Below are positions 59,801 to 64,000 of a DNA stretch of 64,000 bases, in pieces. A program made the position numbers and the translations under genes. The first letter of the stretch is position 1, and the number at the start of each line of letters is the position of its first letter. Below the pieces are notes generated by a model that was not told the DNA's origin, did no database searches, and was given only the letters and a program-made list of their open reading frames with translations. Source of the DNA: Amoebophrya sp. A120 (lineage: Eukaryota; Protista; Dinoflagellata); the NCBI GenBank assembly GCA_905178155.1, contig CAJINV010000001.1, positions 1,973,904 through 2,037,903 of the forward strand, read 5' to 3'.

Positions 59801-62800
59801 CGTTGGCGAGCCGGAAAATTTGTTCCTCTAGCCTCTTGTGCAGCACGACGTCGTCGAATTCGTGGCCCGCACGTTTTCGGCACAAGCAACACGTCAACAC
59901 ATTCTTCAGTAACCTGATTTGCAATCATCAAACCCATAGTTGACATATAAGAAAAAGTCCAAAGATGACTCACTAAGACCATCATTATGTATGTGTATGA
60001 TAAATAAATCGCTATCCATTTTTTTAGTACCTCCAGGCCTCGCCCATTCGGGTTTTTTTCGAGGTCATGCGCACCAGCGAAGGGCGGCCCAGTCGCTTGT
60101 TGAGCTGCTCCCGCAAGAGGGTCGCCATTTCGCGCGTGAAATACACCCCCACCATGACCGCGATGAAGGAGCCCAGGGCGTAGAGCATGTTTTGACTGGA
60201 GCCGTACAGTGTGTGAAGCCAGGAGGTGACAATCCGGGCGGTGGCCTGGATGGCCACAATCACCTGCTGCTTCTGGCCCTCAAGCTTCATCTTCTGCTCC
60301 CGCGCGTGTACGTCCTCGTTCTCCCGGATCTCTTTTATTTTCGCCTCTTGCTCGATACCTGTGGTGGAAATGAATGATGAGTGGCGGTTGTTAGTTTGAA
60401 GCTGCAGATGCACTGCTCCAGCTGGTCTACTAATTTTTCTTTTTCATTCCTGAAGATCCACCTCAAAGTGGAGGAGGTAAAAAAAAAAATTGCAAAATGA
60501 ACGACAGTCATTCAATGAAGGCATCGACATCTTCGCTAGTAGAGCCGGGTTGGGAATGTTAACGCAGCTGCAAATATCAAACTTATTGCTACTTCACAAG
60601 ATTGTAGTACGTGCTGCCTCAACTGCCTGCTGCAGCTCCATTTCGGCCTTGTATTTTTGCGAGGCCACTTCGAGCTTTATCCCTTGGAAAAAAGCCGCGG
60701 AACTGCAACTACCAGCCCACATTTTGTGTTGCAATAGCTCCAATACCAATGTTGGACCTCCCTCCCGAAGAAAAGGAAGAACTGCAACCAGACGCAGACT
60801 ACAAAGAAAGACATAGAAATCGGTGGGAAAAAAGCCTTTGCGTTTGTTCTTTAACAAATTTCATTTCTCTTCACAGCAAAAACATCTTGATCTTCATCTT
60901 CTGCAAAAAAATGCGATCATCAGCCCGTTGCGTTTTTCCGTTTTCTCTGTGATAGGCTCTTTCATCTCCTTCTCGTGTTTCGCCTTCTCCGATAATTGCC
61001 GCAGGTTGCTGATTTCCTGCGCCTTGATCGTCTGCAAGTCGGATTCCAGTTTCCGTTCCTGTTCGTACTTGATTTTGTCCTTGTGCATGGCAATGATAGC
61101 CTCTTCGGACTCCTTCTTTTCTTTGTTGCGGAGTTTGATCGTCTTTTGCTCCTCCTCGTACCGCAGCTGTTCGATTTCCTTCAGGACTTTGGCCTTTTCG
61201 TACTCCATCTCCGACTTCTTGCGCTTTTCCACCAGGTCGCTGTGCGCCTCCTTTTCCAGCACCTTTTTCATGTTTGCGATGCTGTCTTCCACTTCCGCGA
61301 TGCGAGACTTAACAGTGGCCGTGTTTTGCTTGCTGTCTTCCTTGAGCAGCGCGAAGTGCGTCTCCAGCTCGGAAAAACGGATCTCCGTCGTCTGCAGTGC
61401 CTTGGCCAGCACCTCCGTGGTGGCCACCGTCCGCAGAAGCTGCTCCATGATGTCTCCCGTATGAAAGTAAGCGCACAACTTTACTCGCCTTGCTTCTGGT
61501 CCGTCCGCAATAATTGTATTAGTATTTCCGAATAATTCCTCCATGATAGCAACGAAAAGGTGGAAAGACTGCATCTTCACAATTGAATACGGATTTGGCG
61601 ATCAGGATCACCGGGTAAGAGAATACATAAATTCATATCGTTCATCGTGCTAGCAGCTAAGCGTATAGTTTTCAAAGTTTGTGACGCAATAAAAAGTGCC
61701 AGGCGGGCAAAGTTGTGTACTTGTTTCATATTCCCGCTTTTTCTTATTCAACTCCTGTTCGTCCTTCACAAAGCCGAGGCTTTTCGTGTATGCATTGCAA
61801 AAGTATCGTAATCGTAGGAACAAAAAGTAATCGTGATGATGCATGACAACTCTTTTTTCCAACCTAAATCAGCATGACCAATTTCATTTGTCATTCTAAG
61901 CTATGAATTTGTCAAGCTCATGATCATGCAATCACTACCAGTACAAGAATGCTTTTGCAAATCATATCGTGTGCTCCTCGACGATGTTCTCCTGCTGGTC
62001 AAAATCGTGCGCCAAGTGGTTCAACGCACCCACCGCGGAGAACAACCTGCATCATCAAACGGAGAAGTTTTAGTTTAGTTATAGTTCTTTCGTGAGTGAT
62101 CAGCCAGCTCAACAGGCAGAAACGCGCAATCAAATGAGCCAAATTAGGCCAAATTGATACTTCATCACTAATTTGCATGCTGCTACCTTTGAAGACGATT
62201 CGACTCAGATGAGGGGACGACGAGTTTGAATATCCTCAGTCTTCATCTTCTACAACTTCATCAACAGTTCTTGAACAACAAGCTTAATATAATAAGTTCA
62301 TCGATTATCATAAAAGCTAAAGCTTAACAATGAACGATACAGGTGCGAGTCCCGAATCATGAGCACGTCCTTGTTCACCATCGAGGCCCCCTGCTGGTTG
62401 GTCCACCTCCTTTCCGGCACCAACGCCACCTATGCATTGCAAAAGCCTCGTACTAGTATAAATTGCATTGCAAATAATTATATATTTCAATTATTTGCTC
62501 AAAAGAAAAAAAAGAATTTGTCATGCTGATTAGCTTCACGTCGGAGATTTGTCATGCATGATTGCAAGTACTACGAGTGCGATGCTTTTGCAGTCCATAC
62601 CACCGCCTCCGGCATGATTTCCCGCAGGTCTTGCGCCAGAATCCCCAGCTGGGTCTATTACAGTGAAAAGTGCCCCCCACCCCCAAAGTTGCAAAAATTT
62701 GTGATGCGAGGTTTCCAAATGAAACCTTTTTGTCATGCATGAAAGGAATATGAATCTTTCTGATGCAGATTCTAGTGTTGTTTCGCATCGCTTGCATGAC

Positions 62801-63844
62801 GAGCACCGCTCTTGCTGGGATCTTTTGCAATACAAATTTTTGCTATTCACAATCGGAAATCTGTGATGCTGATACATGCAAGAGGCCGAATGTTTCATTT
62901 GGAAAGGTTTGCAATACAAATGCTTTCAAGTTCGGGGGTGGGGGCGTTTTTCATTGTAATAGGGTCCGGTTGAAAAACTTATTGAAAAATTCGTCCTCCT
63001 TGTGCAGGAAGCTTTGCACCTGAGATCGATGATGTGTATAGTTGTTGTTCACATCAAGGCATAAACATCCAGGAATTACTAGACTATCGATTTAGATAGA
63101 ACTTTTGACAACACTTCTAAATCGACATGTTCTTCGTGCATCATCTTCAATATAATTGCACGATGCTGATGTACTCAGAACTGCACCAGCATGCCAGGAT
63201 CATATGACGCACCACCAGTGAATGGATTTCTCTAGTAGTACTTGCAAAACTTCTCGCTCCACATCCTGCATGCTGAACGAGGTGAGCATGTACTGTTGTC
63301 CTGCTGTGGTACTAGTAATTAATATCTTGTCACCACGTTCTTACCTGCAGCCTTTTGATTTGGCCCAACAAGGATTCCGTGTTCGCGGGAGAGACCTCAT
63401 CCTTCAGCTATGCATTGCAAAAGTATCGCACTCGTAGTAGTATTGCACTTATGCATTAGCATGACATCAAATTTCTTTCCAAAGGTAAATCTGCATATAC
63501 AAATTTCATTTCTATTTCTAACGCGAAGCGAATTCTTCGTGCGATTTCTACTAGTGCGATGCTTTTGCAATTCATATGAGTTTTTCGTCCGCAAAGTACG
63601 TTTGGTCCACACAGGAGGAGCAACTCAGGAGCCAGTTCGCGGATACTTGCTGCGGTAGCACGAGAAACTGCGACCACAGGGACGACGAGCACGACCCCGC
63701 GAGCAGCAACGTGGTTGACACTCTGGACATTCTTTTTTTATTTTCGCGCCGTGGGGGACGCGCGGCAGACGAGCACGAGAGAACAACAGAAGAGGTGGGC
63801 ACAGGTGGACGGATGAACGACGTTGGTTGTTCTTGTTGCGCCAT
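56891..63844 (-). CDS. ATAD3-like AAA ATPase with N-terminal Peptidase_S74/ICA-like chaperone domain (many exons; start 63844 or 63730)
   Basis: ATAD3 hallmarks RENED, RLGRPSLVRMTS, FYGPPGTGKT, MSGADVAPL, LLFIDEADAFL, VLATNRPGDLDPAVLDRVDE, FSGREIAKL. 5' exons splice to ADEKLKDEV...LGILAQDLREIMPEAV...LLFSAVGALNHL. Confidence 0.8.
58429..58590. mobile_element. Introner (TATGCATTGCAAAA family)
   Basis: TIRs, perfect TSD TTTCA. Removal gives SKLLK|RPAA. Confidence 0.88.
60678..60954. mobile_element. Decayed introner
   Basis: TAT...ATA, weak TIR, TSD AGCTT/GGCTC. Removing the element plus 5 nt restores the frame (EMKE|LEVA). Confidence 0.55.
61460..61730. mobile_element. Introner (TATGAAA family)
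   Basis: ~33-bp imperfect TIR (tatgaaa..aag..cacaacttt.c.cgcct), degenerate TSD. Removing the element plus 5 nt gives KKRE|DIMEQ. Confidence 0.75.
61789..61966. mobile_element. Introner (TATGCATTGCAAAAG family)
   Basis: Perfect TSD TCGTG. Removal gives EEHT|KSLG. Confidence 0.85.
62431..62599. mobile_element. Introner (TATGCATTGCAAAAG family)
   Basis: Perfect TSD CCACC. Removal gives MPEAV|ALVPE. Confidence 0.88.
62656..62961. mobile_element. Introner (TATTACA family, 306 bp)
   Basis: ~30-bp TIR tattacaRtgaaaa..gcccccaccccc, perfect TSD GGGTC. Removal gives FNRT|QLGILAQ. Confidence 0.88.
63409..63576. mobile_element. Introner (TATGCATTGCAAAAG family)
   Basis: TIR tatg.attgcaaaag.atcgcact, TSD TCAGC/TGAGT. 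Removal gives ADEKL|KDEV. Confidence 0.82.
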
Positions 63845-64000
63845 TTTGATCTACTCCATACTACTTTTCAAATAGGTTATTTCCACTCTTCTAAAGATAG
63901 TAAAATCTTCATCTCTCATTCGTTTTGCTAAGTACTTCATCACTCTAGTTTGTCGTGTTTGGTTTCAACAAGTGCGACGAGTCGTGCCAGCATACTTCTA

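Noticed and set aside
1-64000. Stop-codon reassignment as reported for one Amoebophrya isolate
   Set aside because: Conserved exons translate cleanly in the standard code. The apparent interruptions are explained by introns.

Overview
Eukaryotic nuclear DNA, gene-dense and intron-containing, most consistent with a syndinian parasitic dinoflagellate (Amoebophrya-like; inferred from gene co-orientation and non-canonical introner introns, not from a database match). All ~16 protein genes I can support lie on the minus strand: MCM5 (truncated by the window edge), URI1/Bud27-like prefoldin, SNRNP40, a CEP164-like WW/coiled-coil protein, CPPED1, GPC1/DUF2838, a 2H cyclic phosphodiesterase, PRP6, an ankyrin protein, ERD2, an ATAD3-like AAA ATPase fused to an N-terminal Peptidase_S74/ICA chaperone domain, and several hypotheticals. 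At least 17 introns are MITE-like introners: TAT...ATA termini, terminal inverted repeats and 5-bp target-site duplications. Removing the element plus one duplication restores the reading frame. A non-coding gap at ~54.1-55.3 kb holds two diverged tandem copies of a ~370-nt structured element, each with a 1.5x telomere-repeat template (ACCCTAAACCCT). These are candidate telomerase RNA paralogues. A third structured element with a pseudoknot lies next to them. Exon boundaries were assigned by eye and lack transcript support.
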